NCBI GenBank assembly: GCA_047777415.1
Contig: JBKEEO010000002.1
Span: forward strand, 672,420-736,419
Length of the DNA: 64,000 nucleotides
Origin: Oscillospiraceae bacterium
GTDB taxonomy: Bacteria > Bacillota > Clostridia > Oscillospirales > Acutalibacteraceae
Reading direction: 5' to 3'
Of the stretch, positions 48,497-59,173 are shown one piece after another. Each line of letters begins with the position of its first letter. The first letter of the stretch is position 1. The notes under the pieces were generated by a model, which was not told the DNA's origin, did no database searches, and saw only the letters and a list, made by a program, of their open reading frames with translations. Position numbers and translations under genes: made by a program.

Positions 48497-49066
48497 CTAG
48501 CTCTGGTTTTTCAAAATAATATCATTATAGGCCGCAATCGTGTCTGGATGTATGGGCCGTTTCGCATCCGCCAACTCCTTAATGGTAAAAACGATTCCTT
48601 CAACCATAGTTTTTTCCAGACTATTCATCGCAGATTCCCGCAGCGTTTGCACGCCGGGGTAGTCTCTGTCGTCCGATATAAAATCAGCAATAAACAGGAC
48701 TTTTTCTAAAAGTGTCATATTTGCTCGTCCTGTCGTATGATATCGCACTGCCTGCAAAATTTCCTCATCCGTAACATTCAGTTCCCTGCGGATATATTCC
48801 GCGCCAAGAATTGCATGCCACAGTTTTGGGGAGCTTTGCTCCAATTGCGTAAGCTGAATTCCATACTGCTGCATACGCTTTTTTTGTTCATCGGGCGGTA
48901 AATCCTTCATAATATCATGGAGAATCCCGGCAATTTCAGCCTTTGTTTCATCCGCACCATACAGACAGGCTAGCTGCACGGCCGAACGTGACACACAAAG
49001 AGAATGATGATAACGTTTATCACCTAGTAGGCTCCTGATTGCTGTTTGATAGGATTCAAGATTCAT
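48497..49066 (-). CDS. yqeK: HD-domain Ap4A hydrolase YqeK
   Basis: RYHHSL, LHDIMK, LWHA, HTTG, ADFI; start reassigned to 49066. Confidence 0.9.
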   Translation of the reverse strand: MNLESYQTAIRSLLGDKRYHHSLCVSRSAVQLACLYGADETKAEIAGILHDIMKDLPPDEQKKRMQQYGIQLTQLEQSSPKLWHAILGAEYIRRELNVTDEEILQAVRYHTTGRANMTLLEKVLFIADFISDDRDYPGVQTLRESAMNSLEKTMVEGIVFTIKELADAKRPIHPDTIAAYNDIILKNQS

Positions 49067-49670
49067 TTTGTTCCTCCATATACAGATGATGTTTACAGAT
49101 ATAGTCGGCAACCTGCCTTGGAACATAGGCAAGAAGATTCTCTCCTCGACGTACTGCATTGCGAACCATGGTGGAAGAAACAGGAAGATAATCAATATTG
49201 CAAATCATCGTTTTTGCTCCCTTTTTACCGACTTTTTCCGCGTATTGATTCAATGCCGTGCACCCATTTCTGCTGCGCGGGGCAGCACAAATTGTTGCCA
49301 GTGAATAAACGAGTTCCGGATTATGCCATTCTTCCAGGGTCAAAAACATATCCTCACCGGTGATAAAAAAAAGTTCTGAATTCGGATATATCTGTTTTAA
49401 TTCCAGCAAGGTATCCGATGTATAACTTGGCCCTTCTCTCCTGATTTCCATATCGCTGACTTCAAAACCATCCGGCTCTGCCGCAAGACGGCACATTTGA
49501 AGCCTGTCCTGCGCAGGTGCCAAATCCGGCGCGGCTTTATGGGGTGGAATTCGGGTGGGAATCAGCAAAACTCGATCCGCTTGAATCATTTGAGAAAACC
49601 GACGAACCAAATGCAGGTGTCCGTTATGAATCGGATTAAAGGTACCACCTAAGATTGCTATTTTCTGCAT
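49056..49670 (-). CDS. nadD: Nicotinate-nucleotide adenylyltransferase
   Basis: GGTFNPIHNGH, PPHK, SYTSDT, SSTMVR. Confidence 0.96.
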   Translation of the reverse strand: MQKIAILGGTFNPIHNGHLHLVRRFSQMIQADRVLLIPTRIPPHKAAPDLAPAQDRLQMCRLAAEPDGFEVSDMEIRREGPSYTSDTLLELKQIYPNSELFFITGEDMFLTLEEWHNPELVYSLATICAAPRSRNGCTALNQYAEKVGKKGAKTMICNIDYLPVSSTMVRNAVRRGENLLAYVPRQVADYICKHHLYMEEQNES

Positions 49671-49705
49671 GGCTACACCCAATTATCCCTTGTCTTTTTA
49701 TCATA

Positions 49706-50011
49706 TTACTTTTTCCTTTGTTTGGGAAGTGTAATTTTGGGTTCTTTTTCATTTTTACGGTATAAAACGAATTTAGAACCAATGACTTGCACCGATTCCG
49801 CATGAATTGCACCGGCAATTTGATCCGCTGCTTCTCTTGCGGAAACAGGGGACGTTTCCAGCACGCGTCCCTTAATCAGCTCCCTTGCAGTGAGTGCGTC
49901 ATCGGCCTGTTTGAGCAAATCAGCCCCAATTCCGGATTTTCCAACAATCAGTATTGTTTCCATTGAATTAGCAAGCGAACGCAAATAAGCGCGCTGTTTT
50001 TCATTCAGCAT
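49706..50011 (-). CDS. yhbY: YhbY/CRM RNA-binding protein
   Basis: QRAYLRSLA, VGKSGI, ARELIKG, QVIG. Confidence 0.92.
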   Translation of the reverse strand: MLNEKQRAYLRSLANSMETILIVGKSGIGADLLKQADDALTARELIKGRVLETSPVSAREAADQIAGAIHAESVQVIGSKFVLYRKNEKEPKITLPKQRKK

Positions 50012-50592
50012 TTTGATTGCTCCTCATATTCTTTCAATTTTTCGGCAAACTGACGCAAAGCTCGGCCACGATGGCTGATTGCGTCCTTTTCCTCCCCGGG
50101 CAGTTCAGCAAACGACTTCTCTCCAACCAAAAACAGTGGATCGTAACCAAATCCCCCTGTACCGCGCGGTGCAAATGCGATAACGCCTGGACATTCCCCG
50201 CGTGCCGTAATACGGTCACCGTTTGGGAACACACAGCAAATGGTACAGACAAATTTGGCGTTTCTTTGCTCCTTTGGAACATCTTTCAGCTGTGCTAGCA
50301 GCTTTTTGTTGCACGCTTCACTGCTTGCACCCTCCCCGGCATATCGTGAGGAATAAACGCCCGGCTCTCCATTGAGTGCATCCACCATCAGTCCGGAATC
50401 ATCCGCCACAGCCGGAAGGCCCGTGGCGCGGCAGGCAGCTTGAGCTTTTAACAGCGCATTTTCCTCAAATGTCCGTCCGGTTTCCTCCACTTCTTGCAAA
50501 TGGGCTGTCGCAACTTCTACACCCAGTGGTGATAAGATTCTCTGAAACTCTTCTATCTTATGCTGATTATGCGTCGCTATGATCAGTTTCAT
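50005..50592 (-). CDS. rdgB: dITP/XTP pyrophosphatase (RdgB/HAM1)
   Basis: ATHNQHK, ETGRTFEENA, DDSGL, GFGYDPLF, SHRG; start reassigned to 50592. Confidence 0.95.
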   Translation of the reverse strand: MKLIIATHNQHKIEEFQRILSPLGVEVATAHLQEVEETGRTFEENALLKAQAACRATGLPAVADDSGLMVDALNGEPGVYSSRYAGEGASSEACNKKLLAQLKDVPKEQRNAKFVCTICCVFPNGDRITARGECPGVIAFAPRGTGGFGYDPLFLVGEKSFAELPGEEKDAISHRGRALRQFAEKLKEYEEQSKC

Positions 50593-51511
50593 TCGATTCC
50601 TCCCGTCTTTCAAACAGCGCCTGTGCAAACTGGTCCGCGTCAAATGGCTGCAGGTCATCCACCTGCTCTCCGACCCCGATAAATTTAACCGGTAGACCGA
50701 GATCTTCCTTGATGGAAAGAATGACACCGCCTTTTGGTGTACCATCCAGTTTTGTTAAAACAATGCCGGTAATATCAGCAGCAGACTTGAATTCCCTTGC
50801 TTGATTGACAGCATTCTGTCCGGTTGCAGCATCCAAAACTAAAAGCACTTCGCGGTCAGCGTCCGGGGCTTCCCGTTGAATGACGCGGTTAATTTTGGCA
50901 AGTTCCTCCATTAAATTCTTCTTATTATGAAGCCGACCTGCTGTGTCACAGATGACGACGTCTGCGCCGCGCGCCTTTGCAGCTGCGATGGAATCAAACA
51001 CCACGGAAGCTGGGTCACTGCCCTGTGACTGTTTGACAAGCTCCGCTCCGGAGCGTTCAGCCCAGACTTCGAGTTGCTCAATCGCTGCCGCGCGGAACGT
51101 ATCCGCTGCGCCAAGAATCACCTTTTTGCCCTGATTTTGCAGCATTGCAGCCAGCTTACCTATGGTAGTTGTTTTTCCAACCCCATTGACTCCAATGACA
51201 AGTATTACAGAAGGCTTTGTCCCGATTTTCAGTTCCTCACCACCGCGGAGCATATCCGCGACAATGGAGCGCAACAAACTGTAAACGGCATCCGGATCCG
51301 TTACTCCCTGTGCTTTAACTCTGCGCCGAAGTTCGTCACAGATTCGGCTGGAAGTTGCCGCTCCAACATCTCCCATAATCAGCAGCTCTTCGAGTTCTTC
51401 ATACAGTGATTCATCTATTTTAGTGAAAGAATGAAGCATCGCTGAGACAGAAGCGCTCATACTTTCTCTGGTCTTTTTAAGACCTTCCTTGATTTTAGAA
51501 AATAGACCCAT
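50567..51511 (-). CDS. ftsY: Signal recognition particle receptor
   Basis: GVNGVGKTTT, DTFRAAA, DTAGR, TKLDG. Confidence 0.97.
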   Translation of the reverse strand: MGLFSKIKEGLKKTRESMSASVSAMLHSFTKIDESLYEELEELLIMGDVGAATSSRICDELRRRVKAQGVTDPDAVYSLLRSIVADMLRGGEELKIGTKPSVILVIGVNGVGKTTTIGKLAAMLQNQGKKVILGAADTFRAAAIEQLEVWAERSGAELVKQSQGSDPASVVFDSIAAAKARGADVVICDTAGRLHNKKNLMEELAKINRVIQREAPDADREVLLVLDAATGQNAVNQAREFKSAADITGIVLTKLDGTPKGGVILSIKEDLGLPVKFIGVGEQVDDLQPFDADQFAQALFERREESNETDHSDA

Positions 51512-51531
51512 ACGTTTCCCCTTTCCGCCCG

Positions 51532-54500
51532 TTAGGGCCTGATTCCCATTTTGGTTTCAATTTCAGACACCGGCATTTCCAGCATTTTGGAAACACCCTC
51601 CTCCTGCATGGTAACACCATACAAGACATCAGCTTCCTCCATACTGCCGCGGCGGTGTGTAATAACAATAAATTGCGTGTTCTGCGTCATTCTGCGCAGG
51701 TACGCGGCAAAACGATTCACATTGACATCGTCAAGAGCCGCCTCGATTTCGTCCAATACACAGAATGGAGGCGGATTGACTTTCATAATGGCAAAATACA
51801 GTGCGATAGCAACTAAAGCCTTTTCTCCTCCGGAAAGCGCTTCCAAATGCGAAACAATCTTACCGGGGGGCTGAACGGAAATTTCAATTCCTGAGCCAAG
51901 CACATCATCCGGTTCACTAAGGGAAAGTGACGCTTTGCCGCCGCCAAAAAGTTCACGGAATGTCTCAGAAAAATATCGGTTGATTTGTTCAAACCGAGCT
52001 GAAAAAAGATCTTTCATACGAGCCGTAAGTCCGTGTATCAGTTTTTTTAATTCGTCCCTCGACTGTTCAACATCGGCAATCTGCGCTTTCATAAACTCAT
52101 ATCGTTCGGAAACTTCTTTGTATTCCTCCACAGCGGATAGATTCACAGTCCCCAACGATTTAATTTGGCTCTTCAGTTCACTTAACCTGCGCTGAGTTGC
52201 CTTCGGGTCGGATGCAGGTTCCGCTTCCTGTTCTGCTTCGCGGCGCGTCAATTCATATTCTTCCCATAAACGCGCAATGATTTCATCGTATTCCCTTTGC
52301 AGACTGTTTCGGCGTTCTTCCAAACGAGCCAGCTCATGGCCGATTCTTTCTTTTTCCTCCGTCTTTTCCCGTTCCAAAGTGCGAAGTTCCACCGACTTTT
52401 TCTCAAGTTCCAAACGCTCCTGATTGAGATTTTCTACCCTTTGGGCTGCCTGTTTGGATTTTAGCCTTAACTCTGCAGCCTCGTTGCCGAGTTTCTCGAT
52501 TTTGGCGTTGAGATCCGCGGTTAGAGCGTTCAGTTCTTTGATTTTGTTCGCAAGCACTTCTTGTCGCTCATTCTGGCCCAATCTTCGCTCATGCAAATCT
52601 TGAATATTTGCTCGGATGGACTGCACATCTTTTTGAGCGGAAAGCCTGTCCATCTCAATCTGCTTTAAGGCGTCGGTCAGTTCGTTCAACTTTGCGTTGA
52701 GTTTTTCGCGATTACCTCCGACTTTTTCCAGTTCTTCCTTCAAGGACTCTATCTGTACATTCAACTCCGCAGACTTTCGCTGCGCGTCTTGAACGATGTT
52801 CTCTTGTTGTATCAAGCGCGTGTTTGCCGCCGTTTCCTCCTGCTGAAGGTTCTCCAAATTTTTCCTCGCGGAATGCAGTTCCGCTAAAATTCTGCGGTGT
52901 TCCGCATCGGCATGTACTTTTTCCTCCTGCGCGGTGACAAACTCACCTCTTGCGGCGGACAGGGCCGCTTCTTCAGCAGAAACTTCTTGCTCCGCCGATT
53001 TTAGCGCCTCGGCAGCGTTTGCTGCTTTTTCTTGGAGAATTTCCGCTTTCTTTTTCAAAGCGTCAATTTCGGCCGCCCTGCTGAGCAATCCTGAATTTTT
53101 CACAAGGGAACCGCCTGTTAACGAACCACCGGTGTTTACAACTTGACCATCAAGTGTGACAATACGGAAACGGTAGCGGAATTTACCCGCAATCTGAACT
53201 GCAAAATCTAGATTTTCTGCGACGACAATTCGGCCAAGGAGTGAATTTAAAATCTCTTGATATTTTGCGTCGCAAGAGCATAATTCCGATGCAATCCCCA
53301 CAAAACCGGGGCAATCGGAAAGACCAGTCTCAGAAAGAATACGCCCCCGAATCACGGAAAGAGGCAGGAAAGTGGCACGGCCGGCATTTTTATTTTTTAG
53401 TAGCGCGATGGCACGTTTTGCATCCTGTTCCGTACCGACAACAATATTCTGCATGGCGGCACCAAGCGCCGTTTCAATTGCCACGGAGTACTCTTTCGGC
53501 ACACGAATCAGACGCGAAATTGGACCATGTATCCCACTTAATGCACCGCGTCCTGCTTCTTTCATTACCACCTTAACGCTTTGAGCAAATCCTTCCAGAT
53601 TGCGTTCCAAATCTTCCAGCAGGCGTGCTCTGCGCAAGTGTTCTTCCAAATCAAGCCGCAGTGTTTCACTTTGCTTTCTAGAAGCCTCAAGCCGATTCCT
53701 GCGAGCTTTCAGGCGCAGCTCGTGGCCTTGCACCGTATTACCAAGTGACTCGATTCGCTGGGTTAATTTTTCCAGTTTTTGTTGATATTCTGCCTCTTTT
53801 TTTTGAAGTGATTCACATTTTGCGCTAATTTCTTCCACATTTTTATGTATTTCATGCAGGCGAAGCCGAATTTCGGCCATGGAAGTGGATGCAGTCATTT
53901 CTCGCATTTTTAAATCCGTGACTTGCGAAGATAATTTCGTCATTTCACGGGTAAAGCCGTCCATCCTGCCCGCTGTTTCATTCAGACTATTCTTTAGTTG
54001 TTCCAGTCGTGCGGAACAGTCGGCAAAATCTGCGTCTTTTGATTTAATATACTTGGTCTTTTCAGAGATTTGCTGTTCTTTTTCTTGAATCATTCTGAGC
54101 AGTTCTTCCCCGGAAAGACGGTTTTGCTCAATTTCAGAACGAAGTCGTTCTATATCTTCTTCGTTATGCGAAATATCATTTTTAAGAACTGAGGATTCTG
54201 CATCCTTTTGAGCGGCGCTTTCATCTAAAGAAATACTCTCTCTTCTAGCTTCATCAATTTGAGCAGAACACTGATTGGATCGGCTGAAAATTTGCTCCAG
54301 TTCTGCATCTATCTTGTTCACTGCCTGTTCTGCAGAATCATATTGGGATTTCGCCGATAAAATTTTATCTTCTTGTTCCCTCAGAACAAGAGAGGATTGG
54401 TTCAGCGTTCTCAGCCACAGGCTGATTTCCAGCTTTCTTTTTTCCTCGGAGAGTTTCAAATATTCCTTTGCTTTCTCGGCCTGTTCCTCCAAAGGCCCCA

Positions 54501-55104
54501 CACGGCTTTCCAATTCAGCCAAAATATCGTTAAGGCGCAGGAGATTTTCTTCCGCCTGCGAAAGGCGGCGTTCGGATTCTGCTCTGCGGTAGCGGAAACG
54601 GGAAATTCCCGCAGCTTCCTCGAAAATCTGCCGTCTATCTTCACTGCGAGCCGAAACAATTGCATCAATTTTGCCTTGACCAATCATGGAATATCCGTCG
54701 CGTCCAAGGCCGGTATCCATGAACAGTTCATTGATATCTTTTAATCTAACATTTGTTTTATTAATCAGATATTCGCTTTCGCCGGAACGATAATAACGCC
54801 GTGTGACAGAAATTCTGTCGGCATCGTAGGGAAGCTGACGCCCAGTATTGTCGATATTTAGGGTAACCTCCGCAAAACCGAGCGGCTTGCGCGCCGGTGT
54901 TCCGCCAAAGATAACATCCTCCATTCTCGTACAGCGCAGGGTGCGCACGGACTGTTCCCCCAGCACCCAGCGAACCGCATCGCTGATATTGCTTTTTCCG
55001 CTTCCGTTTGGTCCTACAACTGCTGTAATACCGTTGTGGAAGGTCAGCTTAGTTCGGTCCGGAAACGTTTTAAAACCCTGAAGTTCCAGCGATTTCAGCA
55101 GCAA
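51532..55104 (-). CDS. smc: Chromosome segregation protein SMC
   Basis: GPNGSGKSN, coiled coils, hinge, LSGGE, LDEIEAALD; TTG start behind GGAGG. Confidence 0.97.
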   Translation of the reverse strand: MLLKSLELQGFKTFPDRTKLTFHNGITAVVGPNGSGKSNISDAVRWVLGEQSVRTLRCTRMEDVIFGGTPARKPLGFAEVTLNIDNTGRQLPYDADRISVTRRYYRSGESEYLINKTNVRLKDINELFMDTGLGRDGYSMIGQGKIDAIVSARSEDRRQIFEEAAGISRFRYRRAESERRLSQAEENLLRLNDILAELESRVGPLEEQAEKAKEYLKLSEEKRKLEISLWLRTLNQSSLVLREQEDKILSAKSQYDSAEQAVNKIDAELEQIFSRSNQCSAQIDEARRESISLDESAAQKDAESSVLKNDISHNEEDIERLRSEIEQNRLSGEELLRMIQEKEQQISEKTKYIKSKDADFADCSARLEQLKNSLNETAGRMDGFTREMTKLSSQVTDLKMREMTASTSMAEIRLRLHEIHKNVEEISAKCESLQKKEAEYQQKLEKLTQRIESLGNTVQGHELRLKARRNRLEASRKQSETLRLDLEEHLRRARLLEDLERNLEGFAQSVKVVMKEAGRGALSGIHGPISRLIRVPKEYSVAIETALGAAMQNIVVGTEQDAKRAIALLKNKNAGRATFLPLSVIRGRILSETGLSDCPGFVGIASELCSCDAKYQEILNSLLGRIVVAENLDFAVQIAGKFRYRFRIVTLDGQVVNTGGSLTGGSLVKNSGLLSRAAEIDALKKKAEILQEKAANAAEALKSAEQEVSAEEAALSAARGEFVTAQEEKVHADAEHRRILAELHSARKNLENLQQEETAANTRLIQQENIVQDAQRKSAELNVQIESLKEELEKVGGNREKLNAKLNELTDALKQIEMDRLSAQKDVQSIRANIQDLHERRLGQNERQEVLANKIKELNALTADLNAKIEKLGNEAAELRLKSKQAAQRVENLNQERLELEKKSVELRTLEREKTEEKERIGHELARLEERRNSLQREYDEIIARLWEEYELTRREAEQEAEPASDPKATQRRLSELKSQIKSLGTVNLSAVEEYKEVSERYEFMKAQIADVEQSRDELKKLIHGLTARMKDLFSARFEQINRYFSETFRELFGGGKASLSLSEPDDVLGSGIEISVQPPGKIVSHLEALSGGEKALVAIALYFAIMKVNPPPFCVLDEIEAALDDVNVNRFAAYLRRMTQNTQFIVITHRRGSMEEADVLYGVTMQEEGVSKMLEMPVSEIETKMGIRP

Positions 55105-56119
55105 TCCTATTTCCTCCAATATCCAAAATTTGAAATTCTCCTTTTCTTAATGCTGAGTCATACTCCAGCGACACATCATAACCAAGCTTCAATAAAGTTT
55201 TCAAGTTGCATTTTTTCTGCCCAACCGCAACAGATGCATTTGCGGGATGAACACGAACAATCGTCTTGCCTTTTGCCACCTTGTTCGCTGTCAGAGTATC
55301 GACAATCTTCGTAAGCATGCGTCTGCTTTCACAAAGTTGGCGGAAAGCAGGATGCCACGGTCCAGCCAATCTGTCCCGTTCCAGTTCCGGAGAAGCATGC
55401 AAACCGAGTCGAATTACCGGAATGTTCCTGCTTTCAAAAAAGTCAAGCAAATCAGCACATAAAGCAACAGTCTCTTCTAGTCCTGGCGGAGTATATCGCC
55501 CCTGCAAAAACAGCTCACCTAGTCGAGTTCCTTTGATGACAATGGTAGGGTAAATTCTGACACAATCGGGATGCAATGCAGCAAACTGTTCCGCGGTGTT
55601 TTTCGCTCCGGACAGCGTGTCCCCATACAGGCCAGTCATCATCTGAAGTCCCAGAGAGAATCCGCTGGAATGGATTAACTTTGCAGCGGTGCGCACCTGT
55701 TCTGCAGTATGTCCTCTTTCGTTTAATTGAAGAACGCGGTCGTCCATGCTTTGAGCACCGAGTTCAATGGTTGTAACACCGTAATCCTTTAATATTGAAA
55801 GGACTTCCGGGTCTATCGCATCCGGCCGAGTGGAGATTCGGATTCCAAAAAAGGAACCGTTTCGAACATAGTGCGCCGCCGCTTCCAACAGTGAAATCAT
55901 ATAGCTTCGTTTCAGTGCAGTAAAGCTGCCGCCGAAAAATGCAATTTCTGCAGATTGCGAATCCGACCCCAAATGCGTCAACGCCGTTTCCGCCGCAGAC
56001 ACCACATCTGCCGGAGTTGGCTGAACCGCTTTTCCCGTGATGCTTTTCTGGTTACAAAAACTGCACGCATGCGGGCAGCCGTTATTGGGCACAAAAAGTG
56101 CAACATTTGCGTGCCGCAT
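55070..56119 (-). CDS. Radical SAM protein (Elp3/HemN-like)
   Basis: CPHACSFC motif, FFGGSFT, STRPD, ELGAQS, RIYP. Confidence 0.88.
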   Translation of the reverse strand: MRHANVALFVPNNGCPHACSFCNQKSITGKAVQPTPADVVSAAETALTHLGSDSQSAEIAFFGGSFTALKRSYMISLLEAAAHYVRNGSFFGIRISTRPDAIDPEVLSILKDYGVTTIELGAQSMDDRVLQLNERGHTAEQVRTAAKLIHSSGFSLGLQMMTGLYGDTLSGAKNTAEQFAALHPDCVRIYPTIVIKGTRLGELFLQGRYTPPGLEETVALCADLLDFFESRNIPVIRLGLHASPELERDRLAGPWHPAFRQLCESRRMLTKIVDTLTANKVAKGKTIVRVHPANASVAVGQKKCNLKTLLKLGYDVSLEYDSALRKGEFQILDIGGNRIAAEIAGTSGF

Positions 56120-56793
56120 CAGTAACCCATCAATTCCAGCGCCTCACGCGCCGCCTGCTGCTCAGCTTCTTTTTTGCTGCGTCCCCCGCCTTTTCCGATG
56201 ACATTGTTATCCAGCCGCACCTCTACTGTAAAATGCTTGTCATGGTCGGGACCGCTTTCCCCGGTCAAAACATATTCCAGTGTTTCCTCCGGATTTTTTT
56301 GTACAATTTCCTGCAGGGAGGTTTTGTAATCCTTAAACACGCGCGGTTTCGTATCTTTTAAGAGAGGCAGAACAAAACGCAGAACAAATTTACGGCTTTC
56401 CTCCATACCGCCGTCCAGATAAATAGCAGCGGTAATAGATTCAAACGCATCCGCAAGAATGGAAGAACGGTTTCTTCCGCCTGAGTTCTGTTCTCCCCGG
56501 CTTAACAGAAGATACTTGCCTACATCAAGCTGACGGGAAAAACCGCAGCATGCCTTTTCGCAGACCAACGCCGCCCTCTTTTTGGTAAGGTCCCCCTCGG
56601 GAAGGTTAGGAAAGTGTTTGAACAGATAATCGGCAACCACCAGTCCAAGAATGGAATCTCCCAGGAATTCCAGCCTTTCGTTGCTTCCTCCCGGGATCTT
56701 ATGTTCATTCGCGTAGGAAGAATGCGTCAATGCGGTTTTCAAATAATTGCGATTTTTAAATCGGTAGCCGATTTTTTCTTCCAGTTCAGTCAA
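56119..56793 (-). CDS. rnc: Ribonuclease III
   Basis: NERLEFLGDS, DAFES, dsRBD; TTG start behind GGAGGTG. Confidence 0.97.
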   Translation of the reverse strand: MTELEEKIGYRFKNRNYLKTALTHSSYANEHKIPGGSNERLEFLGDSILGLVVADYLFKHFPNLPEGDLTKKRAALVCEKACCGFSRQLDVGKYLLLSRGEQNSGGRNRSSILADAFESITAAIYLDGGMEESRKFVLRFVLPLLKDTKPRVFKDYKTSLQEIVQKNPEETLEYVLTGESGPDHDKHFTVEVRLDNNVIGKGGGRSKKEAEQQAAREALELMGY

Positions 56794-56824
56794 CAGATCC
56801 ACCTCCAGCATTCTGAATATTTTG

Positions 56825-57835
56825 TTATAGCTTCTTTTCAGGAGAACTGTATTTTGCAACGTTGGCGGCAACTTCGGATACAACATTGCCTTCCACATAA
56901 GACTTAGTTAATCGCAGCGCATTGTAGAATGTCTTTGCTTTTGCACTGCCGTGTGCCTTAAATACCGGTTTAGCGCAGCCCATCAGCGGAGCTCCGCCAT
57001 ATTCATTATAATCAAAATTCTTCTTCAATGCTTTCACATCGCTAAGAATTGCCGCTGCCGCCAGTTTGTTTTTGAAACTGCTTGTAAAAATTTCTTTTAA
57101 TTTTCCCATCAGCATCAGTGCAACGCCTTCATAGAGTTTTAGAATCACGTTGCCCGTAAAACCATCCGCGACGATAACATCCCCTGCATCATTGGGTATA
57201 TCCCGTGCTTCAATATTTCCGATAAAGTTTAAACCTGATTTTTTCAGCAGTGCAAATGCATTGTGCTGAAGTTCTCCGCCCTTGTGTTCTTCCACACCGA
57301 TATTCGCAAGCGCGACTCGTGGATTCCGGATTCCCATGACCTTTTCCATGTAAATGGAACCCATGATTCCGAACTGCTGCAGCATTTCCGGTTTGCAGTC
57401 CACGTTCGCCCCACTGTCAATCAACATGAAACAACCCTTATCTTTCGGCATAACAGGAGCAAAAGCAATGCGCCGCACACCTTTAATGCGTTTGACAATC
57501 AATGTGGCTCCGACAACCAATGCACCGCTGTTTCCCGCGGAAACAAAGGCATCCCCTTTTCCCTGCGCCAGCAGACGCAGTCCGACTGCCATGGAGGATT
57601 TCGATTTCGACTTCATAATGTCACCGGCAGAATCTTCCATCGTAATGACGTCCGGTGCATCGCAAATTTCCATTCGCTCTAAGGATATCCCGTTTTTTTC
57701 GGCTGTACTGCGGATTTCCTGTTCCCTGCCGGTTAGAAGAATGTCCACATCCAAACCCTTTACAGCATCTGCGCACCCCTTAATGATTTCCAGTGGAGCA
57801 TTATCTCCGCCAAATGCATCGACGATAATTTTCAT
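56825..57835 (-). CDS. plsX: Phosphate acyltransferase
   Basis: VDAFGGDNAP, SAGNSGA, DSGAN, ADGFTGN, KAHGS. Confidence 0.96.
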   Translation of the reverse strand: MKIIVDAFGGDNAPLEIIKGCADAVKGLDVDILLTGREQEIRSTAEKNGISLERMEICDAPDVITMEDSAGDIMKSKSKSSMAVGLRLLAQGKGDAFVSAGNSGALVVGATLIVKRIKGVRRIAFAPVMPKDKGCFMLIDSGANVDCKPEMLQQFGIMGSIYMEKVMGIRNPRVALANIGVEEHKGGELQHNAFALLKKSGLNFIGNIEARDIPNDAGDVIVADGFTGNVILKLYEGVALMLMGKLKEIFTSSFKNKLAAAAILSDVKALKKNFDYNEYGGAPLMGCAKPVFKAHGSAKAKTFYNALRLTKSYVEGNVVSEVAANVAKYSSPEKKL

Positions 57836-57850
57836 ATCCAGCACCTCGAT

Positions 57851-59173
57851 TCAAATGAGCCTTTGTTTTTCTTCCGCTAAAGTTCTTTCAAGATCTTTGA
57901 GTGCGCGAGCAGCAAGCGCAGCATAACGTTCCCGCTTGTCTCGAATTCGTTCCTCAAGAGGAGGTATTACACCGAAATTTGCCCCCATCGGCTGGAAATC
58001 CCCGGCTCCTCCGGATTCCACATAACGGCTTAGGGCGCCTATCATAGTCGTTGCAGGCAATGTGAGCGGCTCGATTCCACGCACACGCCTTACAGCATTT
58101 ATACCTGCCATAATTCCCGACGCCGCGGATTCCATATAGCCTTCCACACCTGTTATCTGACCCGAGAAAAACAGATTGGGATTTTCTCTGAAAGCGAAAC
58201 CAGAAGTCAAAACTTTTGGAGAATTTAGGAATGTGTTGCGGTGCATAACTCCATACCGCATATACTCAGCATGTTCCAGACCGGGAATGAAACCGAACAC
58301 ACGCTTTTGCTCCGGAAATTTCAAGTTGGTCTGAAAACCTACTAAATTATACATGGTTCCCTCTGTGTTTTCACGCCTTAACTGAAGAACCGCCCACGGC
58401 CGGTGGCCTGTCTTTGGATCGCGCAAACCCACCGGTTTCATCGGCCCAAACCGCAAAGTATCCGGTCCTCGGCGAGCCATAACCTCAATCGGCATACATC
58501 CCTCATACACCTTCGGGTCGGCTGTATCAAGCGCGTGAACAGGGGCCCGTTCTGCGGAAATTAATTCCGAATAGAATGTTTCATATTCTTCACGGTTCAT
58601 TGGGCAATTGAGATATGCGCTATCTTCTCCTCTGCCATAACGGGAAGCAGCAAAGATTCGTTCCATATTTAAGCTTTCGGCTGCTACAATCGGCGCCGCT
58701 GCATCGAAAAAGCTGAGACTTCCGCCGCACAAACGGAAGATTTTTTCCGCAAATGCGTCAGAGGTCAGCGGTCCTGTTGCAATCACCGTAATCCCGTCCG
58801 AAGGAATTTCTGTGACTTCCTCATGATGGATGTGTATGAGGGGATGGGCATGGATTTTTTGCGTGACAGCTTCCGAAAAAGCGGTTCTGTCAACTGCAAG
58901 CGCCCCTCCGGCGGGAACGCGGCAGGAATCCGCACACAAAAGCGTTAACGAACCTAATTTTCGCATTTCTTCTTTCAAAAGTCCTGCGGCACTTTCCAAT
59001 CGCTCCGCCTTAAAGGAATTGGAACACACCAGTTCCGCAAATTTCTCACTCCGGTGCGCCGGAGAAAAGCGGATAGGCTTCATCTCATACAGTTCCACCG
59101 GATAACCGGTTTGTGCAATCTTCCATGCTGCCTCGCAGCCGGCCAGACCTGCTCCTATAACCTGAATGCTCAT
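57851..59173 (-). CDS. trmFO: tRNA m5U54 methyltransferase, FAD/folate-dependent
   Basis: GAGLAGCEAA, ELVCSNS, VGFQT, GVMHRNTF, GQITGVEGY. Confidence 0.96.
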   Translation of the reverse strand: MSIQVIGAGLAGCEAAWKIAQTGYPVELYEMKPIRFSPAHRSEKFAELVCSNSFKAERLESAAGLLKEEMRKLGSLTLLCADSCRVPAGGALAVDRTAFSEAVTQKIHAHPLIHIHHEEVTEIPSDGITVIATGPLTSDAFAEKIFRLCGGSLSFFDAAAPIVAAESLNMERIFAASRYGRGEDSAYLNCPMNREEYETFYSELISAERAPVHALDTADPKVYEGCMPIEVMARRGPDTLRFGPMKPVGLRDPKTGHRPWAVLQLRRENTEGTMYNLVGFQTNLKFPEQKRVFGFIPGLEHAEYMRYGVMHRNTFLNSPKVLTSGFAFRENPNLFFSGQITGVEGYMESAASGIMAGINAVRRVRGIEPLTLPATTMIGALSRYVESGGAGDFQPMGANFGVIPPLEERIRDKRERYAALAARALKDLERTLAEEKQRLI